DNA from: Octopus sinensis | Lineage: Eukaryota | Direction of reading: 5' to 3' | DNA: 64,000 nt | Assembly: GCF_006345805.1 (NCBI RefSeq) | Contig: NC_043016.1 | Span: 3,038,001-3,102,000, forward strand | Program-made: the position numbers and the translations under genes | The notes under the pieces: generated by a model | Database searches by the model: none | What the model saw: the letters and a program-made list of their open reading frames with translations, nothing else | What the model was told of the DNA's origin: nothing | Part shown: positions 51,751 through 64,000 of the stretch, piece by piece | Position numbering within the stretch: the first letter of the stretch is position 1 | Layout of the letters: the number at the start of each line of letters is the position of its first letter

Positions 51751-52909
51751 GATGTATATATATATATAGATACATATGTGTGTGTGTATGTGTGTATCTA
51801 TATATAAAATGAATTAACACAATGTTAAGTAGAACGTCTGAAGTCTTCTGCTTTTCTATGTTCAGTGTTCATATCCTGTATATGTCAACTGTGCTTTATA
51901 TCTTCTCAGGATCAATACAAAAGTAGGACGACGGAATTGTTAGAATTTTCGAAAAGATGGTTAGCAGTATAAGATACGGCTCTCTTATTTCTTTGTCAAA
52001 ATCCCGATTCGTCAACGAAATTTCATGGCACTTCTTTCAAGCATTACAACCGACATACTGTATCAAGAATTTGAGAAAACAATGGAAACAGTAATTTTGG
52101 TTCGATCGAAGATCACCTTCCACCACTTCTACCACTACCTCTACTCCACCATCAACAACATTACCCCCATCTCCACTGTCACTTATATATATTTGTGCGT
52201 GCGTGTGTGTGTGTGTGCGTGTGTGTGTGCGCGCGCGTTTGTGTGTGTGCGTATACATATGTGCACGCGAATATATTTGGAGAACGATAAAGAAAAAAAC
52301 AGGGAAATATAGTGGAATATCAAGAAAACCAACAAAAACGTATTTGGTAAAATAAGGACGAATGAAAGAACGATGCGAACGAGACTGAATGAACGAATGA
52401 ATGAATGATATAATATGAAAAGCAACAAGGAAAAATCGCTTAAAACCAAATCTATAAAGAAAAACAACATGGTTGTACAATGAGAAAATGGCAGATTTTC
52501 ACCGGAAGTTTATAAATTATAGCAGCTGGGGGAAAAAGATAAGAAATTGGACATTAGCAAAAGAAAGATAACTCATACAGCCACTCTCACAAATAAGCTG
52601 AGAGACGCGCATGTACACGCACGCACGTACGCACAAATGTGCGACCGCGCACACACACACACGTACACACACGTACACACACGAGCACTCCTTCCCTGTA
52701 TCTTTCTGTCATCATTTTCTCTACGTCATTACCTCTACCAGTCCCTTTGCCCTCTCCTCCCTCGGCCTTTCTCTCTCGATCTCCCTCGCTTCGTCAATCT
52801 GTATTTTCTCTCTCAGTTATCAGTTTCTTTGTGCGCATTGAAAATATTACACAAAAATGTTTTGAAAACAATGTCCCACGTACGGATATACGTGAGAGAG
52901 CGAGTGTGC

Positions 52910-52944
<35 letters not shown>

Positions 52945-53095
52945 ACCGTTAGCTTCGCACTGATTCGTGATTGTGTTTTCAGATATAGAATATAAGACAA
53001 TCGTAAAAAAATTCGTATTGAGAAAAGTCGGGGCATTTCATTTACTATCTAATTTTTGTTCTTACCATGTCAAATGTAATGCTTATATATACATT

Positions 53096-53278
53096 ATAAT
53101 CCTTTCTACTCTAGGTACTAGGCCCGAAATTTCGGGGGAAGGGGCCACTCGATTAGACTGACCCAGTAAGCAAATGGTACTTAATTTATCGACCCCGAAA
53201 GGATAAAAAACAAAGACAGGTGAAATACCACTAAGCATTTTACCCGGCGTGCTAACGTTTTTGCCTGCTAGCCGTCTT
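53096..53278 (-). mobile_element. tRNA-derived SINE with the AGTAGAAAGGATTAT-type tail
   Basis: Core GGTACTTAATTTATCGACCCCGAAAGGAT, head GGCGTGCTAACG; internal deletion. Confidence 0.8.
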
Positions 53279-53799
53279 TAATATACATTATAATGGCATC
53301 GAAAATAAGTTCTTTGCGCGTACTTTGTATTTTCTTTTTTTTAATTCAAAAACCTTTCGCTAGATTGCTATTTAAAATATATTGTTCCACAAAGGGTATA
53401 TATATAAACCGGTTATAAAATATTATCAGTTAGCAGATATCCACACGGATAAGTGATCAGGATGCTGGATGAATTTATGAAGAAGACCATCCTCTTTTAT
53501 TAGATTGAATGGACAGGTAGTTCTCTGGCTGACGGGACACAAAGATGTCCATACGTCGGATGTCCCAGAATTTTTTGTACATATATATTATGAAGACATG
53601 TTTAACGGAGAGAATCTGTTCTCTCGTGATTGACACGCAGTGATTAGTATGCTAACGTTCGAAACAGCCGGTATTTAAGAATAAATGCAAATATAATTGT
53701 ATTTATATTTATATTTTCATTCAACTTTTGAAAATATATCAATTAACAAAAATTAAAATTCCTTTCAAGAAAGTGTCTTATTCGTGATCTCACCACCCT

Positions 53800-54350
53800 C
53801 TCAAATACCTTTAGTGATATGAGAGGTGAGCGAGATCGGCCGATTGTTCACTACAAGCGAGATCGGCCGATTGTTCACTACTGGGGCAACAGACCGGGAT
53901 AGCAAGTTCTCACGAATATAACCATCATCCAGTGAGTTCCTCCATATGTTAGCAAGAGGAGATGCAAGTTGGTGTCGACATACCTTCAGGACACAAGCAG
54001 GGAACCTATCAGTGTCTACTGCCCAATTGTGTTTAATTTTGTTTATTGCCACTAAGACATCAGGGCATGAAACGTTACGTCCGATATAGTGTGTTGAGGA
54101 TTAACATCACTGATACAGTCCAGATCGGCCATATCAGGATTGCTAAAAACAGAGCAGTACTGTTTCTGCAGTATCTCACTCCTGGTTTTGGCATTATCTT
54201 GAAAATAGCCATTTTCATCAATCAGAGGGCCAACAGTGGAGACAGTGACCTTCTGTTTTTTCGGAAAATAGAAGACTTTGTGGTTGTGTTCGATTTTCCC
54301 AACGGCCCATTTCTCCTCAGCTGATCTTTGATTATTGAAGATGGTCTTCA
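53800..54350 (-). pseudogene. CR1/L2-like LINE RT N-terminal fragment
   Basis: EILQKQYCSVFS, DRFPACVLKVCRHQLASPLANIWRNSLDDG, NNRPISL (duplicated in a 27-bp tandem), TSHITK. Confidence 0.8.
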
Positions 54351-54783
54351 TTCCGTGTTGGAGGTTATTCGAACAGGGTGATAGCCGTCGAATTTATGTG
54401 TGGCTGTTGGCAGTATTTTAGTTTGTTACGTTTTTTTGTTTGTTTGATCTTTTTTATTTTTGATAATAGTTTATTCTGTTCTTGGGAGTTTTTTTCACAG
54501 GTCTTGGTGGGGTGTGTTTAGCTCATATGCTTGTGTCTACAAGTGTTTACAAAGATCTGCCAAAATATTTTGATGCTAGAAGAGGTGTGTGCTTGTATGA
54601 AAGCCCAGTTAACATGTGATAGTCAGCATCATAGTCATCCATGGTATCAAATGGGTGGGCTGGAGAGAGGACACTAGTGGTAGTTTTCGGCTGGTGGAAT
54701 CTCAGGTTACACAGGATCATGTCATGGTCTGAAGAGGGTTTTTTTCCACTGAAATATTGTGCATTGTCTTAGTGTTGTTACTA

Positions 54784-54835
<52 letters not shown>

Positions 54836-55239
54836 TCACATGCATACATTCATACATGCATAACACACAGACACACACGCATACATATATATATGTGTGT
54901 GTGTGAATATAACAAAACAAGTCTGGATCTCCTCCTTTCAAGGTTTCGGATGGCAGGAAACACAGATGCGAGCTGCAGCATCAACCTCCCTCATTCACCA
55001 AAAGCTACGTATCAGATTAGGTTTGAAATAATGGTGTAGTACACCCAACGGGGGTGTCCCAACATGATCACAAGTTTGAAGCTGAAGCGAGTTAGAGTTA
55101 AAGATTTATATATATATATATATGTGTGTGTGTATGTGTGTGTGTGTATGTGTGTGTGTGTATGTGTGTGTGTGTGTATACACACATACATACATATATA
55201 CATATATATGTATGTGTATATATATATATATATATATTA

Positions 55240-56105
55240 GGGTGCAAAATGTACCAGCTACAAAAGAAAGAAGAGTCAACTCTCCAAAGGCATATATTTC
55301 TCACTATAAGTAAATACGCACGGTTAATGTCGAGAATATGATTAAAATAGCCCTTATCTTTACAAAACTGCAAAGAAAACTACAGACACCTCATTATCAA
55401 TTAATTTCACCTTTTGTGCTACCACCATTTAGAATCATCAGCGAAGCTTACTGTATAAAACTATAAGGTGAAATCGATTGATAGTGAGATGTCAGTACTT
55501 TTGTTTGTAGTTTTGGAAAGGTATAGCTATTTTTATTATATTCGCTTCATTGACCGTGAGTGTTTAGTTACGAGAAATAAGAGAGTTGATTCTTCTTTCT
55601 ACCGTATCTGGTACGCTTTGTACCCTAATTTTTATGTGTATTTTACCTATCTTGTTTGAGTTTGTGGGCCACTTTATCATTGTTATTAATTTTAATAATA
55701 ATGATATCGTATTTGAATTTTTAACTTACACACTATTGTTCATTTTTTAATGCCGGGGAGGTGAACAGACGCGCGCTGCATAGGGAACATATTTTGAAAA
55801 ATTGCTTTAAACAGTAAATTCAGTGATGATCCTAAGTGCTGGTATCACAAAAGATGAAATCAATTGATACTGAGATGCCTGTAGTTTTCTTTGTAATTTT
55901 GCAAAAGTAGATGTTATTTTTCTTACATTCACTTCATTAAGTGTGCATGTTTACTTATAATGAAAGATATGTGGCTGAGAGAGTTGACTCCTCTTTTAGC
56001 ATAGCTGGTACATTTTGTACACAAATTTTTATGTATATTTTGCTTATTTTGGTTTAGCAAGCTTCACCACTTTATCATGTTACTATTTTAAATAAAAATG
56101 ATATC
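55240..56105. repeat. Three diverged copies of a pLTR-like unit (one inverted, two tandem) carrying HHR motifs
   Basis: 55240-55460 is the reverse complement of 55805-56022, and 55465-55710 is a direct copy of 55847-56105. HHR-like cores at 55388-55447 (-) and 55819-55874 (+). Confidence 0.8.
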
Positions 56106-56199
56106 TTGTGTGTGTGTGTGTCCGTGTGTTATTTGAGTATACTATATTACATTACATTATATATGTATATATGAATTGACATGTACGGATATAAATATA

Positions 56200-56268
<69 letters not shown>

Positions 56269-56386
56269 CCTAACTTGGAAATGAATGCGCGGCGTTTAAT
56301 CCTACTAATAAATAAAAAAATATATACATATATACATACATAAATGTACGTACTTACATGTATATGTACACATATGTGCATATATG

Positions 56387-56925
56387 GGTACAGGACGTCA
56401 CACAACGTAAGCAACATGAAATACGAAAACGACATGAATTACGAAATACGAAGGCAAACCTTGGTTTGCGAACAACGAGAGAAACAAATGGAAAACGAGA
56501 CAAGTAACATAAAGGACGACCCTTCATTAGTTGTCAGCTGTCTATCTACCAGATCCATTCTCATCTGTCTCCTTTCCTATCTTTTCTTTTATCAAAGAAT
56601 ATTCTTCCAGCGTTCGCTACCTTACCTCGTCTGGCCTAACAGCCCACCCTGTTTCTTTTCGTTTGGTTTGGTTTGTTGTATGTCCTGTTTTTGTTAACAA
56701 CATTGACCCTCCGCAAATTCCAAATTATATTTTGGTTCACGGAAGTGATTCTCGAAGAACATATTGTTGCGAATTGCTCGAAATGTGGAGTAGATAAACA
56801 GCCGACAACTGATGAAAGGCCGTTCTTTATATCACTTGTCTTGCTTTCCATTTGATTCTCTCGTTTTGAGCATACCCAGGTTTGCCTTCGTATTACATGT
56901 TTTCTTATATCATATTCCATGTTGT
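56387..56925. repeat. Inverted repeat pair, same family as 5235-5710
   Basis: 56410-56548 is approximately the reverse complement of 56789-56925; it contains GAAATGTGGAGTAGAT..ACAACTGATGAAAGG. Confidence 0.75.
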
Positions 56926-56926
56926 T

Positions 56927-56994
<68 letters not shown>

Positions 56995-57069
56995 TATTAG
57001 ATAGATTTGCTTCGTTACTTGAAGACAAATTGTATTCAGCATTGGAAATTTTGAAATATTACATGCTTT

Positions 57070-57205
57070 TATGTCATTATGCAGTTTTATTTCAACATTT
57101 CTTGTCAATATAGAAAGAACCAGTTTCTAACCTAGACCCAAGGCTCCTTCACTGGAATTTCAATATCAACAAGAGGGTACTTTTGTTTGTATGTATGTAT
57201 GTATG

Positions 57206-57236
<31 letters not shown>

Positions 57237-59530
57237 TGTATGTATGTATGCATGTATGTATGTATGCATGTCTGTATGTATGTATGTATGCATGTATGTA
57301 TGTATGCATGTATGTATGTATGTATGTGTGTATGTAATGTATGTATGTATGCATGTATGTATGTATGCATGTATGTATGTATGTATGTAATGTATATATG
57401 TATGCATGTATGTATGCATGTCTGTATGTATGTATGTATGCATGTATGTATGTATGCATGTATGTATGTATGTATGTGTGTGTATGTATGTGTGTGTATG
57501 TATGCATGTATGCATGTATGCATGTATGCATGTATGCATGTATGTATGTATGTATGTATGCATGTATGTATGCATGTATGTATGTATGTATGTATGTATG
57601 TATGCATGTATGTATGTATGTATGTATGTATGCATGTATGTATGTATGTATGTATGTATGTATGCATGTATGTATGTATGCATGTATGTATGCATGTATG
57701 TATGTATGTATGTGTGTGTATGTATGTGTGTATGTATGTATGTATGTATGTATGTGTGTGTGTATGTATGTATGTATGTATGTATGCATGTATGCATGTA
57801 TGTATGTATGTATGTATGCATGTATGTATGTATGCATGTATGTATGTATGTATGTATGCATGTATGTATGTATGTATGCATGTATGCATGTATGTATGTA
57901 TGTATGTATGCATGTATGCATGTATGCATGTATGTATGTATATATGCATGTATGCATGTATGTATGTATGTATGTGTGTGTGTGTATGTATGTATGTGTG
58001 TATATATGTATGTATGTATGCATGTATGCATGTATGCATGTATGTATGTGTGTGCGTATGTATGTATGTACGTATGCATTTATGTATGTATGCATGTATG
58101 TATGTATGTATGCACGTATGTATGTATGTATGTATGCATGCATGCATGCATGTATGTATGTATGTATGCATGTATGTATGCATGTATGTATGTATGTATG
58201 CATGTATGTATTTATGCATGTATGTATGTATGTATGTATGCATGTATTACGTATGTATGTATGCATGCATGTATGTATGTATGTATGTATGTATGTATGT
58301 ATGTATGCATGCATGTATGTATGTATGTATGTATGCATGCATGTATGTATGTATGTATGTATGTTTTTATGTATGTATTCCTATGCATATAAATACATAT
58401 CTAGACATGCTCATATACGTTTAAACGATAAGCTTCTGAAAAGTTTTACAGTGATGGATTGGATGTCAAGTCTTCGAATTAGCTTTCTCATTTCTGGTTT
58501 TGGGAAGTTTAATTTCTCAAATTTGGTATTTCGGCAGTGTGTTACATATCCCAGGGCCCCAATAATTACAGGTATAAACCTGAACTTGTAATCTGGATAG
58601 AGTAACTGCAGATTTCTCAATAGATCGGCATAGGTGTTCTCTGTTTCACTGATCTTCAACTTTATGTTAACTTCTACTGAGCAGCTAATTTCCACAATTG
58701 TGCACAGTTTCTCTTCTCTATCCCAAATCATTAGATCAGGTCTGTTGTGCTTACATTTTATTGAGGTTTTCACTGGTACATTCCACCAGTAATCATTTTC
58801 CTTATTAGTGGCTATGGTTTCTAACATATTGTCAATTCTTATTTCTTTGCGTTCAAGATCATCCTTCCGATGGATTTCGTTATAGAATGTCCTAGCTATA
58901 ACGTCATGTCTCATAAGAAGATAATACTGTGATGACATACTCGGACAACTGCTTATGATGTAGGGGATATTTTCAGTGTGAACTCTACAAAGTGTGCATC
59001 GGTTGTCACATTTTATGGCTTTTACTGCGTCTCCATCCGTTTTGCGCGTCAGGTACTTGGTTGATATTTCCTTTCCTTAGTCAAGGATACACCTCGACAT
59101 TTTGTGGTTAGAAGATGTTGCCGAAGGGATATGATGCAACATTCAAAGGCATTTATTTTGATAAATAAATAAATGCCGCCTTGTTTTCGTTTTAGGTAGA
59201 GGCAGTCTACGTCACTGTTTACGTGCAAATTATGAGTGCTTGTTAGTATGTATTGGGTTTTCACATCCATGGCTCGGATCTCAAGTGTCCAATCAAAGAG
59301 CCCAAATATCGGCATGAGTACTGGCACTGCAAATACATTGTGGGCCATTCTTTTTTGCATGCAGACTTTTGAGGCTCAGATTTTCTTTATTCGGCTGTAC
59401 TGACCTTTAGTGACACGTGTTTTGTTACAGGTGCCATTGTGTGATATATTTTCATCCAACCCTAGATACCTGTAACATTCCTCGTCAGGTACAAGGCAAG
59501 AAATCAAATCATTAATGGAGATGTTGCATA
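57070..59530 (-). mobile_element. R4-like RLE LINE 3' fragment, (TACA)n-associated family, copy 2
   Basis: CYRYLGLDE, HNVFAVPVL, LYLKRKQGG, RHDVIAR, HNRPDLMIWD..IVEISC (PD..D/E RLE), FIPVIIGALG. The 3' UTR is split by a 1.2-kb TATG expansion. Confidence 0.9.
57187..58375. repeat. ~1.2-kb (TATG)/(CATG) array inside a LINE 3' UTR
   Basis: Direct. Confidence 0.95.
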
Positions 59531-59532
59531 CT

Positions 59533-59949
59533 GTGTATGTATGTATGTATGTATGCATGTATGGTATTGTGCATGTATGTATGCATGTATGTATGTATGT
59601 ACGTATGTATGTATGTATGTATGTATGTATGCATGTATGTGTGTGTGTGTATGTATGTATGCATGTATGTGTGTGTGTGTATGTATGTATGCATGTATGT
59701 ATGTATGTGTGTGTGTATGTATGCATGTATGTATGTATGTATGTATGCATGTATGGTATCGTGCATGTATGTGTGTATGTATGTATGTATGTGTGTATGT
59801 ATGTATGTATGTATGTATGTATGTATGTATGTATGTATGTATGTATGCATGTATGGTATCGTGCATGTATGTGTGTATGTGTGTATGTATGTATGTATGT
59901 ATGTATGTATGAATGTATGCGTAAGTATGTATGTATGTATGTACGCATG

Positions 59950-59980
<31 letters not shown>

Positions 59981-60075
59981 GTATGTATGTATGTATGTAT
60001 GTATGTATGTATGTATGTATGTATGTATGTATGCATGTATGGTATCGTGCATGTATGTGTGTATGTATATATGTG
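59533..60075. repeat. (TATG)n array with a recurring GCATGTATGGTATCGTGCATG unit
   Basis: Direct. Confidence 0.92.
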
Positions 60076-60465
60076 TATAGAAGAAGTAATAAAAGTCTGA
60101 ATCCTATACGAGCGAAAATCTGTTGGAAAGAAAGAAAAAATAATTAATTTTACACGTAAAGGAAGAAATTATTAAAAATCAAGAAATTTGTATAATTTGC
60201 AGAAAAATAAAATGAAATCCCAAAGTAAGAAAGATAAAAAAGAGCTCGAATTAAAGAAAGAAAGAGGGGGAAATGAATGAACGAATGAACGAAAGATATT
60301 GGAATAAACGGTGAAAAATGAAAACCAGAAAGAAAACCAAGAAATAATTGAATTTAAAGGATCTAAATAAAAATAGTTTGAATAAAAGTAAAAAACAAGA
60401 CAAAACAAAACAGAAGATGGGAAAGTGTTTTAATAAAAATGATAGCAACGACGCTAAGGATGCTG

Positions 60466-60686
60466 ATAATAATCCTTTCTACTATAAGCACAAGTCTTGA
60501 AATTTTGGGGAAGGGATTAAGTCGATTACATCGACCCCAGTGCCTAACTGGTACTTATTTAATCGACCCCGAAAGGATGAAAAGCAAAGTCGACCTCGGC
60601 AGGATTTGAACTCAGAACGTCGTGACAAACGAAATATCCCAAAGCATTTCGCTCGGCGTTTTAACGATTCCGTCAGCTCACCACCT
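60466..60686 (-). mobile_element. tRNA-derived SINE with the AGTAGAAAGGATTATT tail
   Basis: Head and core nearly colinear with 34278-34444; different tail. Confidence 0.88.
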
Positions 60687-60689
60687 TAA

Positions 60690-63600
60690 AGATGAATATG
60701 ATAACGATGGCGACGACGACGACGACGATGATGGTGATGGTGATGGTGGTGATGAGGATGATGATGGTTATGATGATGCTGGTGCTGTCGGAGGTGTTGT
60801 TAATGGTGGTTTTTATGATGGTTGTAGTGTCTATAGTGGTGTTAGTGGTAGTTCTGCTGTGACGACATTGACGATGACGACGACGGTGATAACGATTATG
60901 TTTATGATGATGCTTACGATGATGACGGTCAATAATATGATGACCATGATTAAGATTTCAGAAATGATGGTCATCATGATTGTGTTGCTGATGGTGATGT
61001 TGATGATGATTGTGATGTGGTCGATTGTGACAATGATCACCTGGATATGACGCTAGCAGTAGTGTGGTAGTGATGGAAATGGTATCGGTAACGAAGGAAT
61101 AGGTAGTGATGACGTTGATGGCAATGATATTTGGATTAGTGATGTCAATGGTGGAGGTGGTGGTGGTGGTGGTGGTGGTGGTAGTGGTGGTGATGGTGGT
61201 AGTGGTGGTGGTAGTGGTGGCAGTGGTGGTGGTGGTGGTGGTTGTGATAGTGGTGGTGGTGGTGGTTGTTGTAGTGGTGGTGGTGGTAGTGGTGGCAGTG
61301 GTGGTGGTGGTGGTGGTGGTGGTGTTGTTGGTGGTGGTGGTGGTGGTAGTGGTGGTGGTAGTGGTGGCAGTGGTGGTGGTGGTGGTGGTTGTGGTAGTGG
61401 TGGTGGTGGTGGTGGTTGTGTGTAGTGGTGGTGGTGGTGGTGGTGGTGGTTGTGGTAGTGATGGTGGTGGTGGTGGTTGTTGTAGTGGTAGTGGTGGTGG
61501 TGGTGGTTGTTGTAGTGGTGGTGGTGGTGGTGGTGGTAGTGGTGGCAGTGGTGGTGGTGGTGGTGGTGGTGGTGGTGGTTGTGGTAGTGGTGGTAGTGGT
61601 GGTGGTGGTGGTGGTGGTGGTGGTGGTAGTGGTGGCAGTGGTGGTGGTGGTGGTAGTGGTGGCAGTGGTGGTGGTGGTGGTGGTGGTAGTTGTTGCAGTG
61701 GTGGCAGTGGTGGTGGCGGCGGCGGTGGCAGGGTGGTTGTGGTGGTGGTGTGTTGGTTGTGGTAGTGGTGGGGTGGTGGTGGTGGTGGTGGTGGTAGTGG
61801 TGGCAGTGGTGGCAGTGGTGGTGGCGGCGGCGGTGGCAGTGGTGGTGGTGGTGGTTGTGGTAGTGGTGGTGGTGGTGGTGGTGGTGGTGGTGGTAGTGGT
61901 GGCAGTGGTGGCAGTGGTGGTGGCGGCGGCGGTGGCAGTGGTGGTGTGGGTGGTGTTGTGGTAGTGGTGGTGGTGGTGGTGGTGGTGGTGGTAGTGGTGG
62001 CAGTGGTGGCAGTGGTGGTGGCGGCGGCGGTGGCAGTGGTGGTGGTGGTGGTGGTTGTGGTAGTGGTGGTGGTGGTGGTGGTGGTGGTGGTAGTGGTGGC
62101 ATTGGTGGCAGTGGTGGTAGCGGCGGGCGGTGGCAGTGGTGTGGTGTTGTGGTAGTGGTGGTGGTGGTGGTGGTGGTGGTGGTGGTGGTGGTAGTGGTGG
62201 CAGTGGTGGCAGTGGTGGTGGCGGCGGCGGTGGCAGTGGTGGTGGTGGTGGTGGTTGTGGTAGTGGTGGTGGTGGTGGTGGTGGTGGTGGTGGTGGTAGT
62301 TGTGGGCAGTGGTGGCAAGTGGTGGTGGCGGCGGCGGTGGCAGTGGTGGTGGTGGTGGTGGTGGTGGTAGTGGTGGTGGTGGTGGTGGTGGTGGTGGTGG
62401 TGGTAGTGGTGGCAGTGGTGGCAGTGGTGGTGGCGGCGGCGGTGGCAGTGGTGGTGGTGGTGGTGGTAGTGGTGGCAGTGGTGGCAGTGGTGGTGGCGGC
62501 GGCGGTGGCAGTGGTGGTGGCGGTGGTGGTGGTGGTTGTGGTAGTGGTGGTGGTGGTGGTGGTGGTGGTGTTGGTGGTGGTAGTGTGGCAGTGGTGGCAG
62601 TGGTGGTGGCGGCGGCGGTGGCAGTGGTGGTGGTGGTGGTTTGTTGGTAGTGGTGGTGGGTGGTGGTGGTGGTGTTGGTGGTGGTGGTGGTAGTGGTGGC
62701 AGTGGTGGCAGTGGTGGTGGCGGCGGCGGTGGCAGTGGTGGTGGTGGTGGTGGTTGTGGTAGTGGTGGTGGTGGTGGTTGTGGTGGTGGTGGTGGTGGTA
62801 GTGGTTGGGCAGTGGTGGCAAGTGGTGGTGGCGGCGGCGGTGGAAGTGGTGGGTGGTGGTGGTGGTAGTGGTGGCAAGTGGTGGCAGTGGTGGTGGCGGG
62901 GCGGTGGCAGTGGTGGTGGCGGTGGTGGTGGTGGTTGTGGTAGTGGTGGTGGTGGTGGTGTGGTGGTGGTGGTGTGGTGGTAGTGGTGGCAGTGGTGGCA
63001 GTGGTGGGGTTGCTGCGGCGGTGGCAGTGGTGGTGGTGGTGGTTGTGGGAAGTGGTGGTGGTGGGTGGTGGTGTGTGGTGGTGTTGGGTGGTGTAGTGGT
63101 GGCAGTGGTGGCAGTGGTGGTGGCGGCGGCGGTGGCAGTGTGGGGGTGGTGGTGTGGTGGTGGTGGTGGTGTGGTGGTGGTGGTGGTGGTGGTGGTTGAT
63201 GAGTGGTGGTCTTGTTGATAGTGGTGCTTATAGAAGTTGAAAAGTTGGTAGTTGTGCAGTTTTAGTGCTGTGTTGGTGTTGGATGTGGGGCGGGGTGATG
63301 GTTACGGGATTGGCAAAGCTGGTTACGAAGAGGGTAGATGGTTACGATGACGTGACTGGTAGAGTTGGTAGGAGAAATGGTTGTTAAATGGACTCGTTGA
63401 GGTTACGTGTGTGGATATTCGTATGTTGGTAATGGTGACTACGATGGGTTCTTTTTCAAGCTGTTGGCGAAGATGGGTTTCAGTGTAGAGTGTGTGCGGG
63501 TTGTCGGGTGTGCTGGTAGAGATTAGTGGTTGTGATGATGATTATGATGATAATGATGGTGATGGTAGTGATGGTGGTGGTGATGGCGGTGGTGATGGTG

Positions 63601-63735
63601 GTGGTGGTGGTGGCAGCCGCGGTGATGATGATGATGATAATGGTGGTAATGGCAGTGGTGATAGTGATGGTTTTGGCAGTTGTAGTTTGTAATCTGCCAG
63701 TGGTGAGATTAGAGTAGGTGATGATGATGATGATA

Positions 63736-63783
<48 letters not shown>

Positions 63784-64000
63784 GCGGTGGCGGTGGTGGT
63801 GGTGGTGGTGGTGGTGGCGGCGGCGGCGGCGGCGTTGATTATGATGATGATGATGGCGGTGGTGGTGATTATGATAATGATGATGGTGGTGATGGTGGTG
63901 GTGGTGGTGATGGTGGTGGTGGTGGTGGTGGTGGTGATGGTGATGGTGGTGGTGGTGGTGATAGTGGTGGTGTTGATGATGATGATGATGGTGGTGATGA
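60690..64000. repeat. (GGT)/(GAT)-rich simple repeat with a higher-order minisatellite
   Basis: Recurrent GTAGTGGTGGCAGTGGTGGCAGTGGTGGTGGCGGCGGCGGTGGCAGTGG units at 61700-63140. Confidence 0.9.

Noticed and set aside
60958-62877. 639-aa extensin/mucin-like ORF
   Set aside because: Produced by (ACC)n repeats; it switches among Pro, Thr and His runs at slips and is open in several frames on both strands.

Overview
Repeat-saturated eukaryotic, AT-rich genomic DNA with one 100-N gap at 6940-7039. It is most likely from an Octopus genome, inferred from the tRNA-derived SINE heads/cores and the microsatellite load. I found no recognisable host gene, rRNA, tRNA or CRISPR array. The window is a mosaic of retroelements in microsatellites: (i) two 5'-complete Tx1-clade LINEs on the minus strand, each bracketed by (GATA)n, plus a decayed third copy with a nested Gypsy LTR element and an orphan Tx1-type ORF1; (ii) R4/Dong-type RLE LINE fragments in (AAT)n, and a second R4-like family tied to (TACA)n; (iii) Penelope-like GIY-YIG relics with a cluster of hammerhead-ribozyme (HHR) motifs, several on perfect or near-perfect inverted repeats; (iv) SINEs with a common core but different 3' tails, one resembling the Tx1 3' end; (v) RTE- and CR1-like scraps. 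The most interesting observations are the HHR-bearing palindrome at 4768-5152 and the wider HHR set, apparent GATA-specific Tx1 insertion within a three-way partitioning of microsatellite targets, a circularly permuted 553-bp non-coding element sitting in place of the middle of a Dong LINE, and a SINE-Tx1 tail match. Nearly all long low-complexity ORFs in the track are microsatellite artefacts. Boundaries of decayed elements are approximate and were read by eye.
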